Of a DNA stretch of 64,000 nucleotides, positions 1 through 9,099 are shown piece after piece (the stretch's first letter is position 1; every line of letters starts with the position of its first letter). The position numbers and the translations under genes are program-made. The stretch lies in NCBI GenBank assembly GCA_965247455.1, contig CBDFHE010000010.1, positions 4,392-68,391 of the forward strand, written 5' to 3'. The notes under the pieces were generated by a model that did not search any database, was not told the DNA's origin, and worked only from the letters and a program-made list of their open reading frames with translations. The stretch is from Candidatus Acidiferrales bacterium. GTDB taxonomy: Bacteria > Acidobacteriota > Terriglobia > Acidiferrales > 2-02-FULL-67-57.

Positions 1-1092
1 CACGGGACTTTGAAGAGCAGCACCTTGGGGCTGAACTTCATCGAGTCTTGAATCCAACAGGAGTGCGTGCACCAGCAGTTGGCCTCGGTGATGTCCCAGA
101 CTTCTTTCTTCATCTGGTCGGAGTTCAGGGCTTCGGTCATGCTGAAATTGAAGTCCTGGAGCTTGCCGATGGCGGGGCGGATTTCGCAGGCGCGGAACTC
201 GCCGTTGTGGTCAATGACGGCGCTGGTGACGCCGGCAGAGCACGGCATGGCCCACTTCTGCGGGCGCTCGACGCATTCCTCGTGCAGTTGGAAGTGGAAC
301 TTGATGCTGCCCAGCAGAAACATCTTCGGGAACCAGCGGACGCTAGCGGGCAGGCCGGCGAAGAGCCGCTCGGCGTGCGCCGCGTGGATGGGTAGGAGTT
401 TGTCGTGCAGGGCTTTCAGCTCCTTGCGGTTGATGTTCTTCAGGCTGAGGTCCATGGGGTTTCCACGGATGACTTCAAAGTACTGGCCGGTGGTATTGTC
501 CTTTTGCAGCAGGAACAGCCCCAAGCGGATGAGCTCGTCGTAGTTCTCGCGAGTGATGACCGTCAGCACGTTGCGCCGCAAGCGAGAGTAGCCGCCGTAC
601 TTTTCCTGTATGCGGTCCATGGTGGCGAGAGTTTTGCGGAAATTGTTGGGGACGCCGCGAATGGTGTCGTTGGTGTTGGCGAGGCCGTCAATGGAGAAGT
701 TCAGGTCGATCATCAGGTCAGGACAATCTTTGAGCACGCGGCCGATGACGCGGTCAATGTTGTCCGGCAGCAGTCCGTTGGTGGGGAGGTTGAGCGAGCG
801 GATGTGGTTGTTGCGGTAAAACAAGCTGATGATTTCGTCCAGCCCCTCCCGCATGAAGGGCTCGCCGCCCGAGAGCCACAACTTGCCGAAGGGCGGGGAG
901 GTGCGGGAGACGGTTTCAATTTGCTCGAAGCTCAGGTCCTGGTTTTTGTTCAACTGGTCCCAGTAGAAGCAGGTGCGGCAGAGCGAGTTACAGCGCGAGG
1001 TGACGAAGAGAAAAAGCGAGTCGAACTGCTTAGGTCGGAAAATCGCCCGCGTATAGGAAGCCAAGTCTTTGGTCGTGCGCGGAATCTGCATT
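1..1092 (-). CDS. radical SAM protein with Cys-rich SPASM/twitch-like C-terminal region (3' end runs off the window)
   Basis: My own minus-strand translation from the ATG (complement of 1090-1092) gives MQIPRTTKDLASYTRAIFRPKQFDSLFLFVTSRCNSLCRTCFYWDQ... It has the CxxxCxxC motif (CNSLCRTC) and LWLSGGEPF. The distal part reads CSAG...RACE...CWCTHSC. The + strand track ORFs 48-395, 67-543 and 405-1100 are shadow ORFs of this gene. Confidence 0.8.
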
Positions 1093-1309
1093 TTTGTTAG
1101 CCTACGCCCTGAAGCAGAGATTAGAGCACAGGGCGGGGAATTGAGCAATCCGTTTCGCCGGATGGCGTGGCTGGTAACCTTAACGGGTCTACAGCTTGGC
1201 TGAGCGGTTTGGGTTTGTAATGAGTTAAACCAGGGGTGCGGCACCATTCATTCGTCAGGGCACGGCTTTAGCCGTGCCGAAAATGGTGCCAAACACTTGC
1301 GGGCTTTAG

Positions 1310-1328
1310 CCTGCCTGCGGTAGGCAGG
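1310..1328. repeat. REP-like palindrome CCTGCCT-GCGGT-AGGCAGG (copy 1 of 6)
   Basis: Perfect 7-bp stem with a 5-nt loop. The same 19-mer, or its loop-inverted form, recurs at 1781-1799, 3355-3373, 32866-32884, 36344-36362 and 39982-40000. Confidence 0.8.
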
Positions 1329-1383
1329 CCCCTGAGGCTCCGAGGAATTAAGGTCTTGGAGGCCTACGCTTTGCGAGTGTGAG

Positions 1384-1761
1384 ATGAGCGCGGGAATGTA
1401 CAGTCCACAGGTACTCGATCATTTTGAGCATCCGCGCAATGCGGGCGAGCTGCCCGAGGCCACGGCCACGGTGGAGTGGGAGAACCCGGTCTGCGGCGAT
1501 GTGATGAAGCTGGCGGCGCGGGTGGATAATGGCCGCGTAGTGGCAGCGCGGTTCCTGATGCGCGGCTGCACGTCCGCCATCGCCTGCGGTTCGCTGCTGA
1601 CGGTTTGGATGCAAGGCAAGACGGTGGAGGAACTGAAAGCCATCACCGCGCAAATAATCTCCGACGAGTTGGGCGGCCTGCCGCCCGCCACCCACCACGG
1701 TGCGCAGCTCGCCGCCGACGCCCTCGAAGCTCTGCTGGTCCAACTCACCAAGGCGCATTAG
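1384..1761 (+). CDS. IscU/NifU-N-like Fe-S scaffold protein (third ligand Cys replaced by Gly)
   Basis: 125 aa. Motifs YSPQVLDHFEHPRNAG, NPVCGD and RGCTSAIAC match the IscU pattern. The region corresponding to PPxKxHCSxLA reads PPATHHGAQLA. Confidence 0.8.
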   Translation: MSAGMYSPQVLDHFEHPRNAGELPEATATVEWENPVCGDVMKLAARVDNGRVVAARFLMRGCTSAIACGSLLTVWMQGKTVEELKAITAQIISDELGGLPPATHHGAQLAADALEALLVQLTKAH

Positions 1762-1780
1762 CCACTGTTCAGCCCACGGG

Positions 1781-1799
1781 CCTGCCTGCGGTAGGCAGG
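1781..1799. repeat. REP-like palindrome CCTGCCTGCGGTAGGCAGG (copy 2)
   Basis: Identical 19-mer to 1310-1328. It is preceded by GTTCAGCCCACGGG, the outer arm seen in the 3335-3396 element. Confidence 0.8.
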
Positions 1800-1850
1800 T
1801 GAAGCATCTCGAGGAGAGGGATTCTTCGCTACGCTCAGAATGACATAAAC

Positions 1851-1924
1851 CACACCGAGCCCCCAGGCACCTGCCTGGGGGAATTGGCAGTTATCGAGCC
1901 CGGTGGCACCTGCCACCGGGCTCG
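1851..1924. repeat. composite palindromic repeats (CACACCGAGCCCCCAGG...CCTGGGGG core plus CGAGCCCGGTGGCA-CC-TGCCACCGGGCTCG hairpin)
   Basis: The CACACCGAGCCCCCAGG arm also occurs at 2866, 32844 and 61405, and inverted at 32944 and 61461. CCCGGTGGC...GCCACCGGG hairpins recur at about 2968-2990, 29010-29030, 36472-36493 and 61247-61278. Confidence 0.7.
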
Positions 1925-2011
1925 GCGCGTGAGGATGCAGTCCGCCAAGTTGTTAGCGACGAGTCGGCGTGGTAGCATCGCCGCTCTTTCGGGTTGAGAC
2001 GAGGAAACGCT

Positions 2012-2839
2012 ATGGCAGGACCTATTGTTGCCTTTCAGGGAGAGCGCGGAGCGTTCAGCGAGGAAGCTGCGCATAAGCTGCTGGGCCGTAGCATTCACTT
2101 GCTGCCTTGCGAGACTTTTGCCGCTGCTTTTGCCCGCGTGGCCAGAGGGAAAGCGCGCTATTGCCTGGTTCCGGTCGAAAATACCCTGGCTGGCTCCGTG
2201 TACGAAAACTACGACCTGCTGGTGGAAAACCAGCTGCACATTGTGGGGGAAGTCAACCTGCGCATCGGGCACAATCTGATCACCTTCCCCGGAACCACGC
2301 TGAAGAATCTGCGACAGGTATATTCGCATCCGGTGGCGCTGGCGCAGTGCGGCGGGTTCTTTCGCCGGCACCGCCGGGTGGCGAAAGTGCCGTTCTACGA
2401 CACCGCCGGCGCGGTGAAGATGTTGTCGGAGCGGCGGATTGCAGGAGCAGCCGCCATTGCCAGCCGCGCCGCGGCTGCGGTCTATCGGGCGCGCATTGTG
2501 CAAAGGAATCTGGAAGACCACCGCGAGAATTACACTCGTTTTGTTCTGCTGGCCCGAAGCGCCACCGTGTCCCGGCGGGCCAACAAAGTTTCGCTGGTTT
2601 TTTCCACCCGCAACCTGCCCGGTGCACTCTACAAATGCCTGAGCGTCTTTGCGCTGCGGGACATCAGCTTGACCAAGATGGAGTCGCGGCCCCTGCGCGG
2701 GCGGCCCTGGGAATATCTTTTCTATGTGGATTTTCTGGGCCACGTGAAGGAAGAACACTGCCGGAACGCCTTGGCGCACCTGAGCGAGGTGACGGACTTC
2801 CTGCGCATCCTCGGCTGCTACCGCAGCGCCCGCCGCTAG
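2012..2839 (+). CDS. pheA: prephenate dehydratase
   Basis: PDT domain pattern (IVAFQGERGAFSEEAA, VPVENTLAGSV, NYTRFVLL) followed by an ACT domain (LYKCLSVFALRDISLTKMESRP). ATG at 2012 is preceded by GAGGAA. The track start at 1994 is a TTG. Confidence 0.9.
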   Translation: MAGPIVAFQGERGAFSEEAAHKLLGRSIHLLPCETFAAAFARVARGKARYCLVPVENTLAGSVYENYDLLVENQLHIVGEVNLRIGHNLITFPGTTLKNLRQVYSHPVALAQCGGFFRRHRRVAKVPFYDTAGAVKMLSERRIAGAAAIASRAAAAVYRARIVQRNLEDHRENYTRFVLLARSATVSRRANKVSLVFSTRNLPGALYKCLSVFALRDISLTKMESRPLRGRPWEYLFYVDFLGHVKEEHCRNALAHLSEVTDFLRILGCYRSARR

Positions 2840-2865
2840 CTGCGCATCGACTAAGCTCGATAAAA

Positions 2866-2950
2866 CACACCGAGCCCCCAGGCCCTTCAGGGCGAGCCCT
2901 CGGGCAGAAGCCTCGGGCTGAAGCCTTCAGGACGAGCCCCTGCCTGGGGG
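2866..2950. repeat. MITE-core-like palindromic element (CACACCGAGCCCCCAGG ... CCCCTGCCTGGGGG) with internal CCTTCAGGG/CCTCGGGC units
   Basis: Shares the arm and the internal CCTTCAGGGCGAGCCC / CCTTCAGGACGAGCCCC units with the elements at 32827-33002 and 61364-61492. Confidence 0.65.
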
Positions 2951-3038
2951 AGCTTTGCCTGATAGGACCCGGTGACGGGTGCCACCCGGCTCGGCAGCTT
3001 GGAAGCAAACAGGTGGCGGTGTAGGTGCAGCGGCGCGG

Positions 3039-3242
3039 TTAGCCCATGCCGGAGGTTTGCGGGCGCCCGGGGACGATTACCACTTGGTAGGGTGGGGGAT
3101 ACTCCTTTCGGAACTCGGCCAGGACTTGGTCGGCGGTGGTGCCGGCGGGGCGTTCAATCCATTTTCGCAGCTTGGGGTTCCAGTTGTCTAAGCCGACGAC
3201 GGTGACCAGGAAGCGCTGTGGCGAGTCTTTCTTCGTAGCCAT
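3039..3242 (-). CDS. small hypothetical protein (67 aa)
   Basis: MATKKDSPQRFLVTVVGLDNWNPKLRKWIERPAGTTADQVLAEFRKEYPPPYQVVIVPGRPQTSGMG. ATG at 3242 has a GAGGGGG Shine-Dalgarno about 11 nt upstream, and third codon positions are strongly G/C. No family recognised. Confidence 0.5.
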   Translation of the reverse strand: MATKKDSPQRFLVTVVGLDNWNPKLRKWIERPAGTTADQVLAEFRKEYPPPYQVVIVPGRPQTSGMG

Positions 3243-3334
3243 CTGGATGAGTTCCCCCTCGGTGTGCCGGGGGTATTGTGCGCCCAAGAAGGAATGGGTG
3301 CAAGGCTCTCTCCTAGCGTGCTCATATTAGGTTG

Positions 3335-3396
3335 GTTCAGCCCAGCGGCTTCTGCCTGCCTGCCGTAGGCAGGGCAAGCAGGCCCGTGGGCTGAAC
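3335..3396. repeat. nested palindromic REP element (outer GTTCAGCCCAGCGGC / GCCCGTGGGCTGAAC arms around CCTGCCTGCCGTAGGCAGG)
   Basis: Read directly from the sequence. The inner 19-mer lies at 3355-3373. Related outer arms occur at 1768-1780, 28908-28935 and 36335-36378. Confidence 0.75.
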
Positions 3397-3461
3397 TGTC
3401 GTTATTTGGTTTGCTTGGAGAGCTGCCCCTGCTGAAAAACATTCCTCGGTGAGTGCAGCGC

Positions 3462-3911
3462 TCAGTTCGTCCACCGGCGGCGGTCGTCGTCGGGGACGAC
3501 GCGGGCGGTGGTGCTGATGGGTGCGGCGGGGGACTGACGGGCGCCGGCGGCTCGAGCGCGGGCGAAGAGAAGCTGCTGGAGGCGACCGGGAACCAGAGCG
3601 GCTGCCCGGCGTGCCAGCCACTGCAAGCGTCGCAGGGTCCTCACGTCACCGCGCCAGTGCTCCAGCAAGATGGCGTCGTCAATCTGATTGAGCACACCAT
3701 CGAGCAGCAGCAGGAGAGCTACCAAGTCGTCGAGCTGGCCCAGCACGGGGATGAAGTCAGGGATGAGATCCCAGGGAGAAACCAGATAGACGCCCAGGCC
3801 CGTGAGGACGAGCTTGGTGCGGGTAGGTACACGCTCGTCGGCGATGAGCTTGGGGATCAGCAGCGCCAGCCGTGGCAGCGCCAGCAGGTTTTCTTTCAGC
3901 CAGGGTTTCAT
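3462..3911 (-). CDS. DUF1232 (YkvA-like) membrane protein
   Basis: Contains VSPWDLIPDFIPVLGQLDD, the signature stretch of DUF1232. Confidence 0.75.
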   Translation of the reverse strand: MKPWLKENLLALPRLALLIPKLIADERVPTRTKLVLTGLGVYLVSPWDLIPDFIPVLGQLDDLVALLLLLDGVLNQIDDAILLEHWRGDVRTLRRLQWLARRAAALVPGRLQQLLFARARAAGARQSPAAPISTTARVVPDDDRRRWTN

Positions 3912-3947
3912 CGGGCGTCTTCCACTCCGCTGGGATAAGGTTTCAAG

Positions 3948-4547
3948 CTAGCCAGGCGGTTGCTTGGAAAGGATTTTTTCATAGGCGGCGCGGTCGTTGG
4001 TGTTGAGCAGCACACCTTCCTCCTCGGTCGGCAACTCCAGTATATCATCGGCGTGCCCGCGGACAACGTGACGCGCGCCCACCTTGAGCGGCGCCGTGCG
4101 CAGCTCGTCAAACAGTTTGGTGGAGAAGAGCACCGGGTGGCCTCGGCGGCTCCGATAAGTGGGTATGGCGATGAGCTTGCCGCCGGCGCGGAAGTTTTCC
4201 CTCAGCGCGCGGATCAGCGTGCTCGACACGCAAGGGTGATCCACCAGGCAGACGACGGCGGCTTCGACGTCAGTCGGCAAGCTGTTGAGGCCGGCGATGA
4301 GCGAGCTCAGCATACCTTTCTGCCAGTCGGGATTGAGGACGACTTCGCCCGCGCCGAAGGAAATGACTTTCTGCACTTCGTCCGCGTTCGCGCCCAGCAC
4401 TACCCGCACCGCATCAACCTCGGAGTGTCTGAGCGCTGTCAGTAGATGCTCAAGGAAAGTCCTGTCGCCCCACCGCAGCAAGGCCTTGTCCTGCCCCATG
4501 CGGGAAGAAGCGCCCGCGGCCAGGATGATGCCGGCAATGCGGTTCAT
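3948..4547 (-). CDS. MobA/MocA-like nucleotidyltransferase (molybdenum cofactor cytidylyltransferase-like)
   Basis: N-terminus IAGIILAAGASSRMGQDKALL is typical of the NTP_transf_3 family. It lies immediately downstream of xdhC on the same strand. Confidence 0.8.
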   Translation of the reverse strand: MNRIAGIILAAGASSRMGQDKALLRWGDRTFLEHLLTALRHSEVDAVRVVLGANADEVQKVISFGAGEVVLNPDWQKGMLSSLIAGLNSLPTDVEAAVVCLVDHPCVSSTLIRALRENFRAGGKLIAIPTYRSRRGHPVLFSTKLFDELRTAPLKVGARHVVRGHADDILELPTEEEGVLLNTNDRAAYEKILSKQPPG

Positions 4548-4613
4548 GGGTAGCCGCCAGGGGCCCGCGAACAGCGGCCAGTGAGATTATGCATAAAGGG
4601 CGAGGAGCAGTAG

Positions 4614-5450
4614 CTAAGAAGAGACTTCAACAGAGGAGGCTTCCGCCTTGGACTGGCCGATGGTTTTGGCGTGGGGGAGGGGGACGTTGCGGCGGACGGC
4701 GATCAGTTCGGCCACGATGCTGACGGCAATCTCCTCCGGCGATAGGGCGCCGATTTCCAGTCCGATGGGGGCGTGCACGCGCTCGAGTTTTTCACGAGCG
4801 ATGCCTTCTTCTCCCAACGCTTTGTAGATGGAGAGGACCTTGCGCTTGCTGCCGATCAGGCCAACGTAGCGGGTGCGGGTGCCGACGGCCCAGCGCAGCA
4901 CCCGCATGTCGTCCTTGTGGCCGCGGGTGGCGATGACAAGATAAGAGGATTCATTGGGATCGAGTTGCGCGAAGACTTTCTCCCAATCGTCGGCGTACAC
5001 CTGGCTGGCGTCGGGGAAGCGATCGCGGTTGGCAAAGCGGGCGCGGTCGTCCACCACGATGGTGCCGAAGCCGGCCATTGCAGCGATGCGGGAGACGTGC
5101 TGGTTGACGTGGCCGGCGCCAAAGAGATAGCAGAGCGGCTGGGGCAGCAGCGGCTCGACGTAGATTTCCAGCGTGCCGCCGCAGGTCAGCCCGGCGTCGT
5201 AGCGCGGGTCGGCGTTGAGGTTGAAGGTGAGCTTGCGGGGCTTCTCCTCGCGCATGACTTCTTGGGCGGCGGTCCAGACGTCGGCTTCGACGCAGCCGCC
5301 GCCGACGGTGCCGACCAGGGAGCCGTCGTCGCGGACCAGCAGCTTGGAGCTCTGGAAGCTGGGGATGGAGCCCTGGGTATGGACAATCGTCGCCAGCGCG
5401 GCCTTACGGCCCTGCTGGCGGAGTCGAACGATTTCTTCGTAGATGTCCAT
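4614..5450 (-). CDS. XdhC/CoxI family molybdoenzyme maturation protein
   Basis: MDIYEEIVRLRQQGRKAALATIVHTQGSIP (XdhC N domain) and LFGAGHVNQHVSRIAAMAGF (Rossmann-like XdhC C domain). I prefer the internal ATG at 5450 over the track start at 5522. Confidence 0.85.
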   Translation of the reverse strand: MDIYEEIVRLRQQGRKAALATIVHTQGSIPSFQSSKLLVRDDGSLVGTVGGGCVEADVWTAAQEVMREEKPRKLTFNLNADPRYDAGLTCGGTLEIYVEPLLPQPLCYLFGAGHVNQHVSRIAAMAGFGTIVVDDRARFANRDRFPDASQVYADDWEKVFAQLDPNESSYLVIATRGHKDDMRVLRWAVGTRTRYVGLIGSKRKVLSIYKALGEEGIAREKLERVHAPIGLEIGALSPEEIAVSIVAELIAVRRNVPLPHAKTIGQSKAEASSVEVSS

Positions 5451-5673
5451 GGCCGTCAGCAAGTCTAGCCTACTGCTGGGCGAAACGGCTGTCAACGCTG
5501 AGCCAGGGAGATAGCAGGCCAAGATCGAAGGAAAAACGGGTGCTGAGCACCTCTTCCGGACAATTTGAGCAGGGAGTTAGACTGTGGTGCGCGTGGGGAG
5601 ATTGTCTCGGCGATTGACCGCGTGCGGGTGGGCGCGGTAGGCTTCGCGAAGGACGGAAGGAGAATGAGGAGAA

Positions 5674-7346
5674 ATGGGAAGTTCTACTGGGAATCGGAAG
5701 GGCGGCATCCAAGTGGCCCACCTGGCGTCCGGTCGAAAGCCTGCGCCGGCGCCCATCTGCGCCTGGCACGATGCTTTGTGGGTCATGTCGTGCGGCGAAC
5801 CGGCGCGCGACGCCAGGACAGACCTTTGCATCCTGCATTCCAAAGAGGCCAATAAGGATCGGGGCGCATTCTACGATCGCGTAGGGGAGAAGCTGCGCGC
5901 CCGGGACTACAACTTTGCCGGCGTGATCTTCCCGGAGGACACGGACTTTTCCGGGAAGGAGTTTGTCAACGCCAATTTCCGCGAGGCGGAATTCCGGGGG
6001 AGAGCAGACTTCTCCGGGGCGGTGCTGGGCGGCGCGACTAATTTCTTCCTGGCCAAGTTCAGGGAGGCGGCGGTCTTCTCGCGCGCGCGGCTGGACGGCG
6101 AGGCCCGCTTCTCTTCAGTCGAGTTTGGCGGCGCGGCCTACTTCACGCGGGCGGTGTTCAGCGGCTCGGCGGTTTTCTTCAAGGCACGCTTCGACGCTGA
6201 GGCCTCTTTCTTGGAAGCCGAGTTCCACGGGCCGGCGCATTTCGTGCGCGGTAAGTTTTCCGGCCGCGCAGAGTTTGCCGGGGCGGAATTCCAACAGGTG
6301 GCGGATTTCCACTGGGCGAGCTTTTCGGGCGAGACCAGTTTCGCGCAGACCGTCTGGGGCGGGAACGACACGCTGACCTATGGTTCCCCAGCCCGGCCCA
6401 GCTTCTTGGGCGCAGCCTCGTTCTTCGAAGCCAACTTCGGCGGGAAGACCTACTTTGCCGGGAACCGGTTGGCGGGGGCGGTGGACTTTGTTCGGGCGCA
6501 GTTCGCCGGGGCGGTGTTCTTTACCTCACGTCCACTTCGGCCCGGGGTACTGCCGGAACCCAGGGAAGTGGGGAAAGAAGCGGCGGAAAACGCCCACGAG
6601 CCGGCGGAGCTGCTGGTGGGGAGAACCACGGAGGGAGAAGAGCAGCACGCTCCCGCCGCATCAAAGGAAGAACAGGCACCAGAACTGTGTTTTGAGGAAG
6701 TCTTCTTGGAGCAACCGCAACGGGTGCGGTTTGACAACTTCGATCTGCGGCGCACCACCTTGGCGGGCACGAATCTGCGCCACGCCGGCTTCCACAATTG
6801 CCGCTGGTCCCGCAAACGGGGACGCTTTGCCGTGTATGACGAGGTGAAGGCAGGGGAGGCGACCCGGAGGCGCTGCGCCTGCTGTATCGAGACCTGCGAG
6901 CCAACCTGGAGGAAGCCCGTGAGGTGCGCACGGCGGGGGACTTCTATTACGGCGAGATGGAACTCCGGCGCAAAGCGCGCCGCCGTGGGCGAGACCTGGG
7001 CCGGTGGCTGCGGCGATTCTTTTCGCCCCACACATTTTATTGGCTGGCGGGCGGGTACGGCGAGCGGCTGCTGCGCGCCGTGTTGTTTTTCGGTTTCCTG
7101 GTGGCGCTGTTCGGGTGGTTGTTCCACCAGCAAAGTTTTCTTCGGGTGCTGGAGGGACAAGTGGTGGACTCGCCCGGGTGGGCGGCCTGCCTGGGCCATA
7201 GCCTGCGGGCGCTGACGTTGCAAGCCAACTTCTATCTCCAGCCGTACTCCGAGTGGGCGCACCGGCTGACGCTGCTGGCCCGCTTTGTGGGCCCGCTTCA
7301 AATCGTCCTCGTCGCTGTAACTCTGCGACGCCGTCTGCGACGATAG
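5674..7346 (+). pseudogene. pentapeptide-repeat protein with C-terminal membrane anchor, split by a 1-nt frameshift near 6853-6862
   Basis: Long run of A(D/N)(L/F)xx pentapeptide units (ANFREAEFRGRADFSGAVLGGATNFFLAKFREAAVF...) in ORF 5674-7215. After ...RFAVYDEVKAGEA that frame becomes nonsense. The family-typical continuation DPEALRLLYRDLRANLEEAREVRTAGDFYYGEMELRRKARRRG plus two TM helices is in the frame of ORF 6924-7346. One extra G restores a single ORF. Confidence 0.75.
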
Positions 7347-7411
7347 CTTGAGGTCATTCGCACCGGACAGGGGAGAAGATTGTCGTTGCTGGCGAGCGCG
7401 CCGGAGGTGAG

Positions 7412-8344
7412 CTAGTCGCCGCCGCCGGCGGCCAAAGACTTGAGAGATGCCACCTGAATACCGCTGGGCCGCAGGAATTCTCTCGGGTTGAGCGGATGGT
7501 TGTTGAGTCGAACTTCATAGTGCAGGCTGGGAGCGGTGGCCCGGCCGGTTCTGCCCACGTAGCCGATCACGTCCCCGCGCTGCACCGCCTGGCCCAGGTG
7601 GGCGCGGAAATTGGAGAGGTGGGCGTAGAGGGTAGTGATCCCGCCGCCGTGATCGACAACGACGGTGCGACCGTAGCCGGCCTGCTGGCCGGCGACCACC
7701 ACAAACCCGTCGGCAGCTACACGTACCGGAGCTCCGTACCGGGTAGAACCAATGTCCACTCCCGCATGCCAAGCACCCTCGCCGTTGAAGGGATCAATGC
7801 GCTGGCCGAAGCCGGAGCTGAGTCGCCCCCGCACCGGCCACAGCGACGGGGTGTAGGCCAGTTGGGTTAGGTCACGACCGGGCAGCGGCCGGACCCCGCT
7901 GGCATAGAGCTTGACGGCGCCGGCGTGGCGGCGCAGGTAGCGGAAGCGAGCCAGGCTGTCGCGGTACTGAGCGGAGGGCGCTTGCCGGACACCGGCGGTC
8001 TCGAGCGTGCCGAAGGAGGTCTGGCGCAACCGCAGCAGGTTGAAGCTGGCGGCCACTTCGCCGGCCAGCGACTCCAGGCTGGTGAGGCGCTGTTGGGTGG
8101 TGGCGACGGCGGCCTGCAAACTTTGATTTTGCTGGCGGAGTTGCTCGCGCTCGGTGCGCACCTGCTGGTAGTCGCGCACAGTGAGGAGCAGGTGAAGGTA
8201 GGAAGCCACGCCCGCTACCAGCACGCCGGCCCCCACCAGCGCAGCCAGCAGGATGAGGTGGACGGCATAGCTTGGCAGCGGAAGCTTGCGGACGCGTCCG
8301 CTGGCACCGTGAGCAAAAACCAGAGTGTAAAAACGCTTCTGCAT
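7412..8344 (-). CDS. M23 (LytM-domain) metallopeptidase with N-terminal TM helix and coiled coil
   Basis: GFGQRIDPFNGEGAWHAGVDIG...GYGRTVVVDHGGGITTLYAHLS...GRTGRATAPSLHYEV carries the HxxxD and HxH M23 signature. Start chosen at MQKRFYTLVF. Confidence 0.85.
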   Translation of the reverse strand: MQKRFYTLVFAHGASGRVRKLPLPSYAVHLILLAALVGAGVLVAGVASYLHLLLTVRDYQQVRTEREQLRQQNQSLQAAVATTQQRLTSLESLAGEVAASFNLLRLRQTSFGTLETAGVRQAPSAQYRDSLARFRYLRRHAGAVKLYASGVRPLPGRDLTQLAYTPSLWPVRGRLSSGFGQRIDPFNGEGAWHAGVDIGSTRYGAPVRVAADGFVVVAGQQAGYGRTVVVDHGGGITTLYAHLSNFRAHLGQAVQRGDVIGYVGRTGRATAPSLHYEVRLNNHPLNPREFLRPSGIQVASLKSLAAGGGD

Positions 8345-8385
8345 TGAACCGTTACGCAACCTCCCCAACCCCGTGGGGTTGGGCT

Positions 8386-8814
8386 TTATCCGCCAACTTC
8401 CTCGGACGCCAGCGCCGCTACCGGCTGGGCCAGCTCAGGTTCGGCCAGCTTGATCTCTCCCCGCATGTGGGAGCGACCTTCGAGTACACCACCGGGCTGG
8501 ATTATCAACGAGGGCGTGAACACATCTCCTTCCACCACGCCACCGGGAAGAATCTCGACCCGGTTGGCGCCGTGAACGTCCCCGTTGACTTGTCCCGCCA
8601 CCGAGACGACTTCGCCTTCCACGTTGCCCTGGATCCGAGCGTTTTCGCCCAAAATAAAGTGGTCCCTGGAGCGCACCACGCCCTTGATTTCTCCGTCAAT
8701 CCGGAAGGTGCCGGCCAGGTCGAGTGTGCCGTCCAACTTGACTTCTTTGTCCAGGAAGCCAATCCATTCGGCCCGGTCGGCTGCATTGCGATCGCCCAAC
8801 CAATGTTTTTTCAT
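8386..8814 (-). CDS. bactofilin family polymer-forming cytoskeletal protein
   Basis: Repetitive beta-helix pattern (LDLAGTFRIDGEIKGVVRSRDHFILGENARIQGNVEGEVVSVAGQVNGDVHGANRVEILPGGVVEGDV) typical of DUF583/bactofilin. It ends 41 nt upstream of the M23 gene on the same strand. Confidence 0.85.
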   Translation of the reverse strand: MKKHWLGDRNAADRAEWIGFLDKEVKLDGTLDLAGTFRIDGEIKGVVRSRDHFILGENARIQGNVEGEVVSVAGQVNGDVHGANRVEILPGGVVEGDVFTPSLIIQPGGVLEGRSHMRGEIKLAEPELAQPVAALASEEVGG

Positions 8815-9099
8815 GATCGACCTCGGAAGCGAATTGAAGCCCTGGCGGGTGGAAGGGAAATTGTCGGGCGGCGATGGGATTCCAGTGGCGGCAGCACGTT
8901 CACAGTCCTCTCAGAGAAGATTTCTTGTGGGTGCGCCTGCGTTCCGTCGGTGAGGCGGAGCCGGCGAGTCCTGGGAACGAAGCCAGGACGGCTGCCAAGG
9001 CAGCGACGCAGAAGAGAAAGGTAATAAGCCCGGATTTCCGATTTGGCTGTGGTACCGTATCGCCAGGACCAGTCGCTGCGCCTTGAGTTTTGGGGCTCC

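Noticed and set aside
405-1100. 231-aa plus-strand ORF at the window start (and 48-395, 67-543)
   Set aside because: The opposite strand encodes a radical SAM protein with CxxxCxxC. The track lacks it only because its stop codon lies outside the window.
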